Source: Ignavibacteriota bacterium (GTDB taxonomy: Bacteria > Bacteroidota > Ignavibacteria > Kapaibacteriales > UBA2268). From it: a DNA stretch of 64,000 bases. Under the pieces are notes generated by a model that was not told where the DNA came from, ran no database searches, and saw only the letters and a program-made list of their open reading frames with translations. Of the stretch, positions 19,653-28,464 are shown piece after piece. Position 1 is the stretch's first letter; each line of letters opens with the position of its first letter. The DNA lies in the NCBI GenBank assembly GCA_024636855.1, contig JAGXGG010000060.1, positions 36,126 through 100,125 of the forward strand. The letters run 5' to 3'. The position numbers and the translations under genes are program-made.

Positions 19653-20303
19653 ATGAAGTTTATTTCTTTACTAATTGTATTGTTTTTATTTTTTTCAGAA
19701 TTACTTTTCTCAAGACCAAATAGGGTTTCACAAATCCCTTATGGCGAAAAATTCCAGTGCTCTAGTTGTCATGTAAGTCCAAATGGTGGTGGTCAACGAA
19801 CTCCTTTTGGAGAAACTGTAAATGATAATCTTGGTTCACCCATTTCAACGGCAAATGTGCGTTGGGATTTAATATTCAATATTGATTCTGATGGTGATGG
19901 TTTTACTAATGGGGAAGAGTTACAAGACCCTGATGGACAATGGGCGATTGGACAATCAAATCCTGGAAATCCTGAGTTAGTTTTTCAACCTTGGAATCCA
20001 AACAGTAAACCGACTGTTTCATCAGTTGTAGAAGGCATTGTAAATAACAATGCAACAATTTATCCAGTTCCTTCAAATGGAGTTATAAATTTAGAATATA
20101 TTTCAGATTATTTTGATAATAGCAGATTAGAGTTATTTAATTCTAATGGAAATATAATTCATACTGATAATATGAATACGAAAATAGGTCCAAATAACTG
20201 GACTATAAACTTGAATAATCAATCACTGAATAGTGGTATTTATTATTTAGTACTTAGAAACAAGTATTTTAATATTCGAAAACGAATTGTTTTCACAAAG
20301 TGA
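19653..20303 (+). CDS. Secreted CxxCH-motif protein with thrombospondin-type-3 repeat and T9SS CTD (paralog 1)
   Basis: Signal peptide. CSSCH at residues 36-40 (nt 19758-19772), followed by NGGGQRTPFG. Ca-binding-type repeat DSDGDGFTNGEELQDPDG. C-terminal YPVPSNGVINLEY..GIYYLVLRNKYFNIRKRIVFTK is a T9SS sorting-domain pattern. Confidence 0.65.
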   Translation: MKFISLLIVLFLFFSELLFSRPNRVSQIPYGEKFQCSSCHVSPNGGGQRTPFGETVNDNLGSPISTANVRWDLIFNIDSDGDGFTNGEELQDPDGQWAIGQSNPGNPELVFQPWNPNSKPTVSSVVEGIVNNNATIYPVPSNGVINLEYISDYFDNSRLELFNSNGNIIHTDNMNTKIGPNNWTINLNNQSLNSGIYYLVLRNKYFNIRKRIVFTK

Positions 20304-20316
20304 GATTAAAAAAATC

Positions 20317-20343
20317 AGGCAGCTTTTAAGTTGCCTTTTTTTT
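20317..20343 (+). terminator. Rho-independent terminator after paralog 1
   Basis: Stem AGGCAGC (20317-20323) pairs with GTTGCCT (20330-20336), including one G-U pair, around a 6-nt loop. A T-run extends to 20343. Confidence 0.7.
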
Positions 20344-20508
20344 AATAAAATTATACCTTTTCTAGTCAATTCTTCATAGCTATCTCTCTATTTTGTTATG
20401 TAAAAAATAACATATCTAAAAAATTAAATATTATTCTAAACTCTCTTTAGTCGAAAGGAAAAAATTGCTAATGTTTTTTTCCACAATTATAATTCCTATT
20501 TAGTAAAA

Positions 20509-20540
20509 TTGTATCCTTTTATCTTTTTATGTTATATTTG
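20509..20540 (+). promoter_or_regulatory. Bacteroidetes-type sigma-A promoter candidate for paralog 2
   Basis: TTG (20509-20511), a 21-nt spacer, then TATATTTG (20533-20540), which matches the TAnnTTTG -7 element. It lies about 30 nt upstream of the ATG at 20572. Confidence 0.45.
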
Positions 20541-20571
20541 TATATATATTAATCACAAATCAAGGATAATT

Positions 20572-21216
20572 ATGAAGTTTGTTTTTGTACTGTTTTCGAT
20601 CGTATTTTTAAGTTTTATGTCAGAAACACTATTATCTAAAGAACAATGGGTAAACCAAATCCCTAATGGTCAAGTAAATTCTTGTTCAAATTGCCATGTT
20701 AGTGCTAATGGTGGTGGATCTAGGAATGTTTTTGGAAAAGCTGCTCAAAATTCTATGAGCAATGATAAAATAAGATGGGATAAAATTTTCAATTTAGATT
20801 CTGACGGAGATGGATTTACAAATGGGGAAGAGCTACAAGATCCGGATGGCCAATGGGCTATTGGTCAAGCTGAACCTGGAGTTTCAACATTAGTAACTAA
20901 ACCTTGGGATCCAAATAGTAAACCGACTAAATCATCAGTTTTAGAAAATATAGTAAGTGATAATGCAATAATTTATCCTATTCCATCAAATGGAATCGTA
21001 AATTTAGAATACATTTCAGATTATTTTGATACTAGTAGATTAGAGTTATTCAACTCTAATGGTAGAATTATCTATTCTGATAATATGAATACAAATATTG
21101 GTCCAAATAATTGGACTATAAACTTGAATAATCAATCACTGAATAGTGGTGTTTATTATTTGGTACTTAGAAATAAGTATTTTAACATTCGAAAACGTAT
21201 AGTTTTCTCAAAGTAA
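20572..21216 (+). CDS. Secreted CxxCH-motif protein with thrombospondin-type-3 repeat and T9SS CTD (paralog 2)
   Basis: Start moved from 20509 to the ATG at 20572, which gives MKFVFVLFSIVFLSF, a signal peptide parallel to paralog 1. CSNCH at nt 20683-20697, NGGGSRNVFG, DSDGDGFTNGEELQDPDG, and a T9SS CTD ending YYLVLRNKYFNIRKRIVFSK. Confidence 0.65.
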   Translation: MKFVFVLFSIVFLSFMSETLLSKEQWVNQIPNGQVNSCSNCHVSANGGGSRNVFGKAAQNSMSNDKIRWDKIFNLDSDGDGFTNGEELQDPDGQWAIGQAEPGVSTLVTKPWDPNSKPTKSSVLENIVSDNAIIYPIPSNGIVNLEYISDYFDTSRLELFNSNGRIIYSDNMNTNIGPNNWTINLNNQSLNSGVYYLVLRNKYFNIRKRIVFSK

Positions 21217-21227
21217 GTTTTAAAATT

Positions 21228-21255
21228 AAGGCAGCTAATTTAGCTGCCTTTTTTT
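21228..21255. terminator. Bidirectional rho-independent terminator between convergent genes
   Basis: Perfect 10-bp stem AAGGCAGCTA (21228-21237) with TAGCTGCCTT (21241-21250) and a 3-nt loop. T-run 21249-21255 on the plus strand and an A-rich left flank. It sits between the stops at 21216 (+) and 21257 (-). Confidence 0.75.
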
Positions 21256-21256
21256 A

Positions 21257-21757
21257 TTAAAAATTTCTACCATATATTATAGCATCACTTTTGGTTCCAT
21301 CCATATCTAATACTTTTGGCATATAGCCCCATAGAGAGAATCCAAATTTCTTAAGTAAATATATACTATGCTGATTGTTAGCTAAAAGTATAGCAAATAA
21401 AGAATCAAAATTTATTTTGGAGCGAGAATTGATAACATATTTCAATAAACCAGAGCCCACACCTTTTCCAGTATGATTGCTATCTATATAAAAGCTTACT
21501 TCTTTCGATTTTAGATAAGCCCTACGGTTTGCTCGATAAGGAGATATAGAAATCCATCCTATTACTTCATCATTTAGTATAGCTACAAAAATGGGATATT
21601 CTGTTAGATCACGATTTTTAAATTTTTCATGATATGCTCTAAGCATAATTTCATCTAGTATCGCATTCTGCCGATTTCTAATACCCTCATTATAGATTTC
21701 TACAATACTCTTAGTATCATTTATTGTAGCCAATCTAATTGAAATATTCTTAAGCAT
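21257..21757 (-). CDS. GNAT family N-acetyltransferase (phosphinothricin/MSO acetyltransferase-like)
   Basis: 166 aa. IRLATINDTKSIVEIYNEGI start and acetyl-CoA motif HTGKGVGSGLL, typical of PAT-like GNATs. Confidence 0.75.
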   Translation of the reverse strand: MLKNISIRLATINDTKSIVEIYNEGIRNRQNAILDEIMLRAYHEKFKNRDLTEYPIFVAILNDEVIGWISISPYRANRRAYLKSKEVSFYIDSNHTGKGVGSGLLKYVINSRSKINFDSLFAILLANNQHSIYLLKKFGFSLWGYMPKVLDMDGTKSDAIIYGRNF

Positions 21758-21758
21758 T

Positions 21759-23009
21759 TTAATAAAGTAAGTATTTTTGTCTAGTCTTTAGAAATTCCAT
21801 CATACCTTCACTTGCGAGAGTTACAATCATTTCTTCAGGTAAGTTCGATCTAATTGCATTAAGTATCTTATCTGTTCCTGTAACTTTTTGGAACATTTCT
21901 TTTGATTGTGATTTAAGATTACTATCTGAAAGTAATGTAGGGTTGTTTTTAACTAGCTCTCTTAGTATAAGTAAACCTGATGTATATGGTTTAAGATGGT
22001 TTGAGAGATTGAATTTTAGATAATATCCCTCTACATCTTTTCCACTATACATACCATAAAATGGTCTGTAGTAAGTATGTTGCAAATAAATTCCTTCATA
22101 ATCTACTCTCATATTGTTTAGATTTAGAAATGGTGACCCAATATATCCGAAGGGAGAAGTAGTGCCTATACCTATGCTAATAACTCCCAATTCACCTATT
22201 GTACCTAGGGTTGCAATTCCTCGAACCGAGTTAGCTGTTGGAACATGCGGTGAAGTAGGAATCCACATCAGACCAGTATCGTCCCAAGCCATCCATCGTT
22301 CCCATCCTTCCATAGTAACAACTGTCAAGTTACACTGCTTTTTATTCTCAGTCCATAGTTCACCGTTTATCATCATAGCAAGTTCACCAATTGTACAGCC
22401 ATGAATATAAGTTGTTGGAACTAGTGAAACAAATGATTTGAATTTACTTTCAGGTAGATTGCCATCAACAACTAAACCTCCCAAAGGGTTAGGTCGATCT
22501 AAAACAATTACTTCCACATTATTTTCTGCACAACCTTGAATCAAATAAAGTAAGCTACTGATGTATGTATAAGAACGAACACCAATATCTTGTATATCGA
22601 CCACAACAGCGTCTATATCTGTAAGTACTTTTTTATTCGGAATCTTCAATGAACCATATAATGAGACAATTGGTGTCCCAAATATAGAATCATTAGCAAC
22701 TGGCTCACCTGCAGGTATAGTAGTATAGTAGCCATGCTCTGGAACAAATATTTTTCTTAAATCGACTCGATTATCTTTGGATAGAATTTCAGCTGTAGGT
22801 ACTCCTTTAACGTTTATTCCTGATTGATTAGTAAATAGTGCTAGCCTTTTATTCAAAACTACTTCTATCTCGTCGCTCATCAATATATCTATACCCAATC
22901 TTACATTTTGTGATTGTAGAGAAGAGGAATTTAAAATTAGAATAGTTAGACTACTTATTGTAATCAGCAATGTACTTTTTAGCTGTCTCGTGATTGTTTT
23001 GATTATCAT
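21759..23009 (-). CDS. DUF1343 family protein (exo-beta-N-acetylmuramidase NamZ-like)
   Basis: Signal peptide. Motifs LFTNQSG, FVPEHG, DIQDIGVRSYTYIS, VLDRPNPLGG and HGCTIGELA are characteristic of DUF1343/NamZ. The annotated start overlaps the upstream gene by 59 nt, so the true start is uncertain. Confidence 0.8.
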   Translation of the reverse strand: MIIKTITRQLKSTLLITISSLTILILNSSSLQSQNVRLGIDILMSDEIEVVLNKRLALFTNQSGINVKGVPTAEILSKDNRVDLRKIFVPEHGYYTTIPAGEPVANDSIFGTPIVSLYGSLKIPNKKVLTDIDAVVVDIQDIGVRSYTYISSLLYLIQGCAENNVEVIVLDRPNPLGGLVVDGNLPESKFKSFVSLVPTTYIHGCTIGELAMMINGELWTENKKQCNLTVVTMEGWERWMAWDDTGLMWIPTSPHVPTANSVRGIATLGTIGELGVISIGIGTTSPFGYIGSPFLNLNNMRVDYEGIYLQHTYYRPFYGMYSGKDVEGYYLKFNLSNHLKPYTSGLLILRELVKNNPTLLSDSNLKSQSKEMFQKVTGTDKILNAIRSNLPEEMIVTLASEGMMEFLKTRQKYLLY

Positions 23010-24102
23010 CTACTTCCAATACTTTTTTGAAATAATATAGTGAGTTCTTTTTATCGCCTAATTTTTTATACGATATACCTAATTTAAGTAAACTACTTGA
23101 ATAATAACCACTTTCTTTATCCCCATCTACATATTCGCTTACATCAAGGCATTTCTTCAAGTATTTTATTGCCATTTGTTGGTCTCCCTTTCTTTGGAGA
23201 GATAATCCAACATAATATAGTCCTTCCCTTGCAGTTAAGTTGTCATATCCTAATTCTCGTGCTAGACATTTTTTTACAACTTCTCTCCAAGTTGCTTCTA
23301 TTTCATCCCATTTTCCGAGCTTTACATAGCATCTTCCTAAGTATCTATGGAAATAAGGGTTTCGCGGGAATCTTGTAAATAAATCATTTGCATAGAAAAA
23401 AGCTTGATCAAAATCCTTTTCGAATGAATAATAAACTTGCATCAATGCTACTTCAGCTTCAACACTTGAATATCTTGAGTGATGCATAGAAGCTCTAAGT
23501 TGCAATATCCCTAATTTTTTATTACCCGGAGGGAAAAAAAGTACTACTGGTTTTAGTATAGGATAGTCTTCAGGAATAGCAACAGCAAAATAATTAAATA
23601 ATCCAGTACCAAGCATAATATCATGATTACCAGGTGCTTTTTCATGAGCTCTCATCAATATATCGTAAGCTTCTTTTCCATCCGCTGCTGCACTAAACCA
23701 TTCTTTTTCATTTGAATAGAAACGCGCTCTATATCCTAAAGCCCCACCTTTGAAGAAAAGACCAGTTATATCATATTCATTTTCATCAAGTAATTTATCA
23801 CTTACTTGGATTACTTTATCGATTTTCTGAAGGAAATCATCGTTGATTTTGTCCGTATATCTATATAAAGTAATTCTCCAAAAATCAACCATAGCTTGTA
23901 AGAAATATCCTGCAGGATGTTCAGGATATCTTTTTATGACTTCTTGAAAGGCAACTTCGGCACTATCAAATTGCACATTATATATGTGATTAGCACCTTC
24001 TCTAACTAAGCTATCTGCATCACTTTTCAGTATCGACCATTGTGAGAAACTGCTACTTGTAGTTAGAAATAAACCTATTATGATTGTATATATTAATTTC
24101 AT
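22951..24102 (-). CDS. Secreted TPR-like repeat protein
   Basis: 383 aa with signal peptide MKLIYTIIIGLFLTTSSSFS. Repeated helical-hairpin patterns (..AEVAFQEVIKRYPEHP.., ..YYVGLSLQRKGDQQMAIKYLKKCL.., ..LGISYKKLGDKKNSLYYFKKVLE..). Confidence 0.5.
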   Translation of the reverse strand: MKLIYTIIIGLFLTTSSSFSQWSILKSDADSLVREGANHIYNVQFDSAEVAFQEVIKRYPEHPAGYFLQAMVDFWRITLYRYTDKINDDFLQKIDKVIQVSDKLLDENEYDITGLFFKGGALGYRARFYSNEKEWFSAAADGKEAYDILMRAHEKAPGNHDIMLGTGLFNYFAVAIPEDYPILKPVVLFFPPGNKKLGILQLRASMHHSRYSSVEAEVALMQVYYSFEKDFDQAFFYANDLFTRFPRNPYFHRYLGRCYVKLGKWDEIEATWREVVKKCLARELGYDNLTAREGLYYVGLSLQRKGDQQMAIKYLKKCLDVSEYVDGDKESGYYSSSLLKLGISYKKLGDKKNSLYYFKKVLEVDDNQNNHETAKKYIADYNK

Positions 24103-24962
24103 TTTTCTAGTAATTTACTTTCTTCAAATCTAATTTTAAATTTTGTTGCCATAATATATGGGTTTTGTTTATTTATCTTAAACGAGATAATAGTCAAAAT
24201 AGTTAGAAGAATTGTAGTTAATAAACCTTCTTCAATTCCAAATTGTCCACCAAAAAGCCAAGCGGAATTATTACCAATTGCTGTAAGTTGAAATATTTCA
24301 ATGTCAAAGCTAATACCACTTACATTTGAACCTAGAAGTATTTGTTGATTAAGATTCCAAAAGAAATGTACTGAAATTGGTAACCACAAAGATTCAGTTG
24401 TAATATACAAAACTGAAAGCATAATCCCTGCTACAATTATATTTACCAATCCCATATTTGAGATATTAGGATTATTGTAATGCGCAAAGGCAAAGAATAT
24501 ACTTAATAAGACAATTGCAATGATGTCACCAAATCGTTCTCTAATTGTTTGGAATACTAACCCTCTAAATAGAATTTCTTCTAAATAAGCCATTACAAAT
24601 ATTTGAGAAGTGAAAAATAAGAGTGTAATATAATCTAATGTTTTATAATTCTCATGTAGTTTGTATTCGTAACCCATTAATAAACCAACAAGTATGAATA
24701 TTAAATTCATTATAACTACAATTAATAAACCTTTGAAAAAATCAATAAATGCATATTTATCAATCTGTAAACCAAATGCGTTAAAATTGGAACCAGTTCT
24801 CATAGCAAGTACTGAAATACTTACAACTGTTAGTGTAATTGCTAGAAAAATTGTTAAAAAGATAAATCCAAAAGAAAAAATAATTTGAAGGGAAAATATA
24901 AAAATTGACGCAATGATAGCGATAATAAGTCTAAACCACCAATGCGCCAATAATTTCTGCAT
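24099..24962 (-). CDS. CPBP family intramembrane glutamic endopeptidase (CAAX protease / Abi-like)
   Basis: Multi-TM protein with the three CPBP motifs EEILFRG, FAFAHY and HFFWN. Confidence 0.8.
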   Translation of the reverse strand: MQKLLAHWWFRLIIAIIASIFIFSLQIIFSFGFIFLTIFLAITLTVVSISVLAMRTGSNFNAFGLQIDKYAFIDFFKGLLIVVIMNLIFILVGLLMGYEYKLHENYKTLDYITLLFFTSQIFVMAYLEEILFRGLVFQTIRERFGDIIAIVLLSIFFAFAHYNNPNISNMGLVNIIVAGIMLSVLYITTESLWLPISVHFFWNLNQQILLGSNVSGISFDIEIFQLTAIGNNSAWLFGGQFGIEEGLLTTILLTILTIISFKINKQNPYIMATKFKIRFEESKLLEK

Positions 24963-24964
24963 GC

Positions 24965-25159
24965 TTAGTTCGCTGATTTTATAGATTCTATATGCTTATT
25001 AATTTGTTCAACCATAAGTCCATAGACCTCTTCATGTTCTCCACCAGCTAACATATGATTCAATTGAGGACAATATGAAGCGTATTTACCTTCACCTCTT
25101 TTTCGTATCAATATCTCATAATCATTTGCATTTACACTTTTAGAAATTTGTCTTTCCAT
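24965..25159 (-). CDS. Small HicB-like (antitoxin N-terminal fold) protein
   Basis: 64 aa. YEILIRKRGEGKYASYCPQLNHMLAGGEHEEVYGLMVEQINKHIES fits the HicB-N pattern (Y-x-A-x-x-P-x-L ... G-x-x-x-E-E). It has no DNA-binding domain and no hicA-like gene adjacent. Confidence 0.4.
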   Translation of the reverse strand: MERQISKSVNANDYEILIRKRGEGKYASYCPQLNHMLAGGEHEEVYGLMVEQINKHIESIKSAN

Positions 25160-25241
25160 TATATAATTCCCATTTTTCGGTTTAGTAATAATTCAAAATT
25201 AACAAATTTATGCTAACTTGTTTATTGATTTTGCATAAAGA

Positions 25242-27167
25242 ATGAAATCGTTCAAAATGAACATAGATAATCTAAAAAAAGCTGCACGAATCGACCATAA
25301 AATCGTTTATCGAAAGCTGAAAAATAAACTAACAAACAATTTACTAGATAAATTGTACAGAATGCGTGACAAAAAAGTCTCGACTTATTCCTATGATTAT
25401 ATATCTTACTTTAGAGTTGATTACACTAAGTCACTTAATATTAAAGAATTGTTAGATATAAAATTAGATCAAAGTGAAATAGAGTTATTTTCACAACAAT
25501 GTTTAGAACACAATTTTAGAGTTCTTTCGGATAAATTCGTATCTATAAACTCTACAAAAGATTACACTTCGCTTCAAAATAAATTTAATCCCAAGTTGAT
25601 TCCATTTTCTACACAATGTTTCAATAAAATAAGCGACGAATATAAATTAATTGATTGGCAAAAAGACTATAATTCAAACTATAACTGGGAATTTAAGTGG
25701 TTTAAGGATATAAAATATGGTAATAATTCTAGGAATGATATAAAAGTACCTTGGGAGATTGGTCGCTTACAGCATTTACCTCTATTGGCGATTGAGTCCA
25801 TTAGAGAGGAATCAGATCAATTATTATTAGAGATAAAAAATCAAATTTTCGATTTCATGGCTTCCAACCCTCCAAATTTTGGAGTACAATGGATGACTTC
25901 AATGGATATAGGTATAAGATTAGTTAACCTATTATTTACTTTGTTTACACTCAACAGGAAAGAGAAAGATCAGTTCTTCGATAAAAATGAACTAGAGCTT
26001 ATTGATTCTTATTTATTTGATCATTATTTACATATTAAAGAGAATATAGAATACTCTGAAGGAATGAGAGGTAATCATTATCTTTCTAATTTATGCAGCT
26101 TAATAATATATGTTAGCTTTACTGAAGAGAATGATGGTAAGAATGCACTTCTATCAAAGTACTTAAAACTAATTGAAATTGAATTAGATTACCAATTCCA
26201 TGATGAGGGTACTAATTTCGAAGGGTCAACAAGATATCATATATTCACTCATCAGATGCTCCTAACAGTTGATTTGATTTTAAAAAAATATGGTATAGGA
26301 CAATTAACAAGTAACAAAATGAATCGAATAGCTGGCTTTACTTTATCATTATTTGAATATGAGTTTCCACCTCAAATAGGGGATAATGATTCTGGTTTTT
26401 ATTGGAAAGTTTTAGATTCAGAGAAACTGACTTATAATTCTTTAAAAAGTATAATAAATAAGAGTTACGATGCTCATAATATAATTAATTACAATGAATT
26501 CGGATATGTACAGAATAAATATGATAAGTACGATGTAATATTTAAATGTGGAAAACTCGGTCAGAAAGGAAAAGGGGGTCATGATCATAATGATAATCTT
26601 TCTTATCAATTATATATGGATAAGTACCCATTTATAGTAGATATTGGTTCATTCTGTTATACCTCAAATTTTAAAGAAAGGAATATATATCGTTCTACTC
26701 GCTCACACAATGCTTTATGGATCGAAGGTATTGAGCAAAATGTTTTTTCAGAATTAAGAAATGATGATATGTTTTGGTTAGATACTGATAAATCCAAACC
26801 TGAAATAATTATAAATGAAGCAAATAGATTATCTGGAACTATTGAGTATGGTGGAAAACCATATACTAGAGATATAGAGTTGAATTCTGATGAAATAGTT
26901 ATAACCGATAATTATAACAGTAAATTAGTAAAATATATAAATCTTTATTTATACCCAGACATCAAGATAGAGCATGTGGAAAACAATGTTTATAAGCTGT
27001 GGAATGAGAAAAAAATGGTTTATCTAGATGCAGCAAGTTCAGAATTAATAATAGATAAATATGACTTCTCTCCTAGTTATGGAGTAAAACTACGATCTAC
27101 TAGAATCGTATTGTCTTCAAGAAATGATAAAATAATACACAAATTCAGAGTATCAATTGAGAGTTAA
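25242..27167 (+). CDS. Heparinase II/III-like protein (polysaccharide-modifying/lyase family)
   Basis: 641 aa. Motifs GNHYLSNL, STRYH, GGHDHNDNLSY, DIGSFCYTS and RSTRSHNALWIEG match the alginate-lyase-N plus heparinase II/III-C architecture. Confidence 0.6.
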   Translation: MKSFKMNIDNLKKAARIDHKIVYRKLKNKLTNNLLDKLYRMRDKKVSTYSYDYISYFRVDYTKSLNIKELLDIKLDQSEIELFSQQCLEHNFRVLSDKFVSINSTKDYTSLQNKFNPKLIPFSTQCFNKISDEYKLIDWQKDYNSNYNWEFKWFKDIKYGNNSRNDIKVPWEIGRLQHLPLLAIESIREESDQLLLEIKNQIFDFMASNPPNFGVQWMTSMDIGIRLVNLLFTLFTLNRKEKDQFFDKNELELIDSYLFDHYLHIKENIEYSEGMRGNHYLSNLCSLIIYVSFTEENDGKNALLSKYLKLIEIELDYQFHDEGTNFEGSTRYHIFTHQMLLTVDLILKKYGIGQLTSNKMNRIAGFTLSLFEYEFPPQIGDNDSGFYWKVLDSEKLTYNSLKSIINKSYDAHNIINYNEFGYVQNKYDKYDVIFKCGKLGQKGKGGHDHNDNLSYQLYMDKYPFIVDIGSFCYTSNFKERNIYRSTRSHNALWIEGIEQNVFSELRNDDMFWLDTDKSKPEIIINEANRLSGTIEYGGKPYTRDIELNSDEIVITDNYNSKLVKYINLYLYPDIKIEHVENNVYKLWNEKKMVYLDAASSELIIDKYDFSPSYGVKLRSTRIVLSSRNDKIIHKFRVSIES

Positions 27168-28464
27168 AGATCATTTAGATAAAATCTCTTGGTCATTCGC
27201 AAATAGACTAATATACTTAGTTTGGGGACTAATTAACCTTGTTATAATTGGTCATACTGATCCTTACAACTATGGGCTTTATTTTCTTTTTACCCAACTA
27301 ATTACTTATTTAGCAAGTGTCTCTGATTCTTTTTCATTACAAGGATTGATTCAATTTGGTAAAAAAGAAGAAGATAGACCAAAACTGAATAGTATTGCGA
27401 TAATTTTGCAGTTATTTTTTTTATTCGTTATACCACTAATTTTGTTTCTTTTCAGACATCAATTTGCTGGATTACTTGGTGGTGATGAATTTATCGAAGT
27501 ATCTTATTTTTTACCTCTAATTTCAGTTTTTGTAATCCCAAGGACTTTTGCTTACAAGGTACTCGCACGTGATTTGAATTATAAAAAATCATTCTTTATT
27601 GATCTGATTAACTTTGGAGTAATGACATTAGTTATTGTATATTATATATTTACTAAAGATTTCCTGTATTTCAATGACTTAATCATTTCTTATTTAATTG
27701 GGGGAATATGTTCTGGAATTTATTCAACAATGATTTTAATGAAAAAATCATCATTTGGATTAAATGGGAAAATAACTTTTAAGAAATATTTTAATTTTGC
27801 AATACCTTGGACTATTCATGCAATATTCTATTCTTCAATTAAGTATTTAGATGTTTATGCTATTTCTTTTGCAATAAATACTTCAGATAGTATAAAAATA
27901 GTGGGTCTATATAGTTCAGCAAAAACATTGTTCAAGGTATTCGAACAAATGTCTGATGGTGTTTCAGCCTTAGTTTATCCATCTGCAATTAAAAATATCG
28001 ATCATAAAGATAAAGTCAGAAGTATAATGACGAAAAGTACTTCCTTCATATTAGTACTTAATTTAACTGTATTTATCATACTTCAATTTGGATTTGCTGA
28101 TTTTCTAATATACAATTTCTTACCTATTAAGTTCCATGAAGCAACTAGCTATTTCAAAATCATGCTTTTTGCAGCTTTATTCTTACCATTTGCTTCACTT
28201 AATATGATACTTACAGCAATTAATAAAATAAAATCAGTAGTTTATATTAGTATTATTGCTGCTATTACTTCACTTATATCTATTTTTGTAATTGCACACT
28301 TTACCGAATATCAATTCGTTTCATTAGGAATTGTTATTTATTATATTATAATAGGTTTATCTAGTTTATATATAGTGAAAAAGCAACTTGGATTCCCTAT
28401 AAGTGACATATTTAGAGCTATTCCAGACACTCGAAATTTTATTAATGAAATATTTAAAAAATGA
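27157..28464 (+). CDS. Polysaccharide biosynthesis / oligosaccharide flippase family protein (MOP superfamily)
   Basis: 435 aa, about 12 TM segments, Wzx-like layout. Apparent TTG start overlapping the upstream gene by 11 nt. Confidence 0.55.
   Translation: MRVKDHLDKISWSFANRLIYLVWGLINLVIIGHTDPYNYGLYFLFTQLITYLASVSDSFSLQGLIQFGKKEEDRPKLNSIAIILQLFFLFVIPLILFLFRHQFAGLLGGDEFIEVSYFLPLISVFVIPRTFAYKVLARDLNYKKSFFIDLINFGVMTLVIVYYIFTKDFLYFNDLIISYLIGGICSGIYSTMILMKKSSFGLNGKITFKKYFNFAIPWTIHAIFYSSIKYLDVYAISFAINTSDSIKIVGLYSSAKTLFKVFEQMSDGVSALVYPSAIKNIDHKDKVRSIMTKSTSFILVLNLTVFIILQFGFADFLIYNFLPIKFHEATSYFKIMLFAALFLPFASLNMILTAINKIKSVVYISIIAAITSLISIFVIAHFTEYQFVSLGIVIYYIIIGLSSLYIVKKQLGFPISDIFRAIPDTRNFINEIFKK

Larger units (their letters stand above)
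19653..21216 (+). repeat. Tandem gene duplication (two paralogous CxxCH/TSP3/T9SS-CTD genes)
   Basis: The two ORFs align end to end. By hand alignment the last ~75 residues differ at about 10 positions. The 3' nucleotide sequences, the ribosome-binding contexts (aaaggattgttATG vs caaggataattATG) and the downstream GGCAGC-type terminator hairpins are also similar. Confidence 0.85.

Noticed and set aside
20509-20571. N-terminal extension (MYPFIFLCYICIYINHKSRII) of paralog 2 in the ORF track
   Set aside because: Paralog 1 aligns only from the MKF.. signal peptide onward. The extension covers a promoter-like TTG-N21-TATATTTG motif and the conserved RBS context, so the ATG at 20572 is the likely start.
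24965-25159. Complete HicAB toxin-antitoxin module
   Set aside because: Only a HicB-N-like mini-ORF is present. There is no HicA-like small basic ORF on either side and no DNA-binding domain, so I report it only as an orphan.
25242-28464. Heparinase II/III-like plus flippase genes as a polysaccharide utilisation locus (PUL)
   Set aside because: There is no susC/susD-like pair and no glycoside hydrolases or sensor-regulator adjacent. The context (flippase, LptFG) fits cell-surface polysaccharide or LPS biogenesis better.
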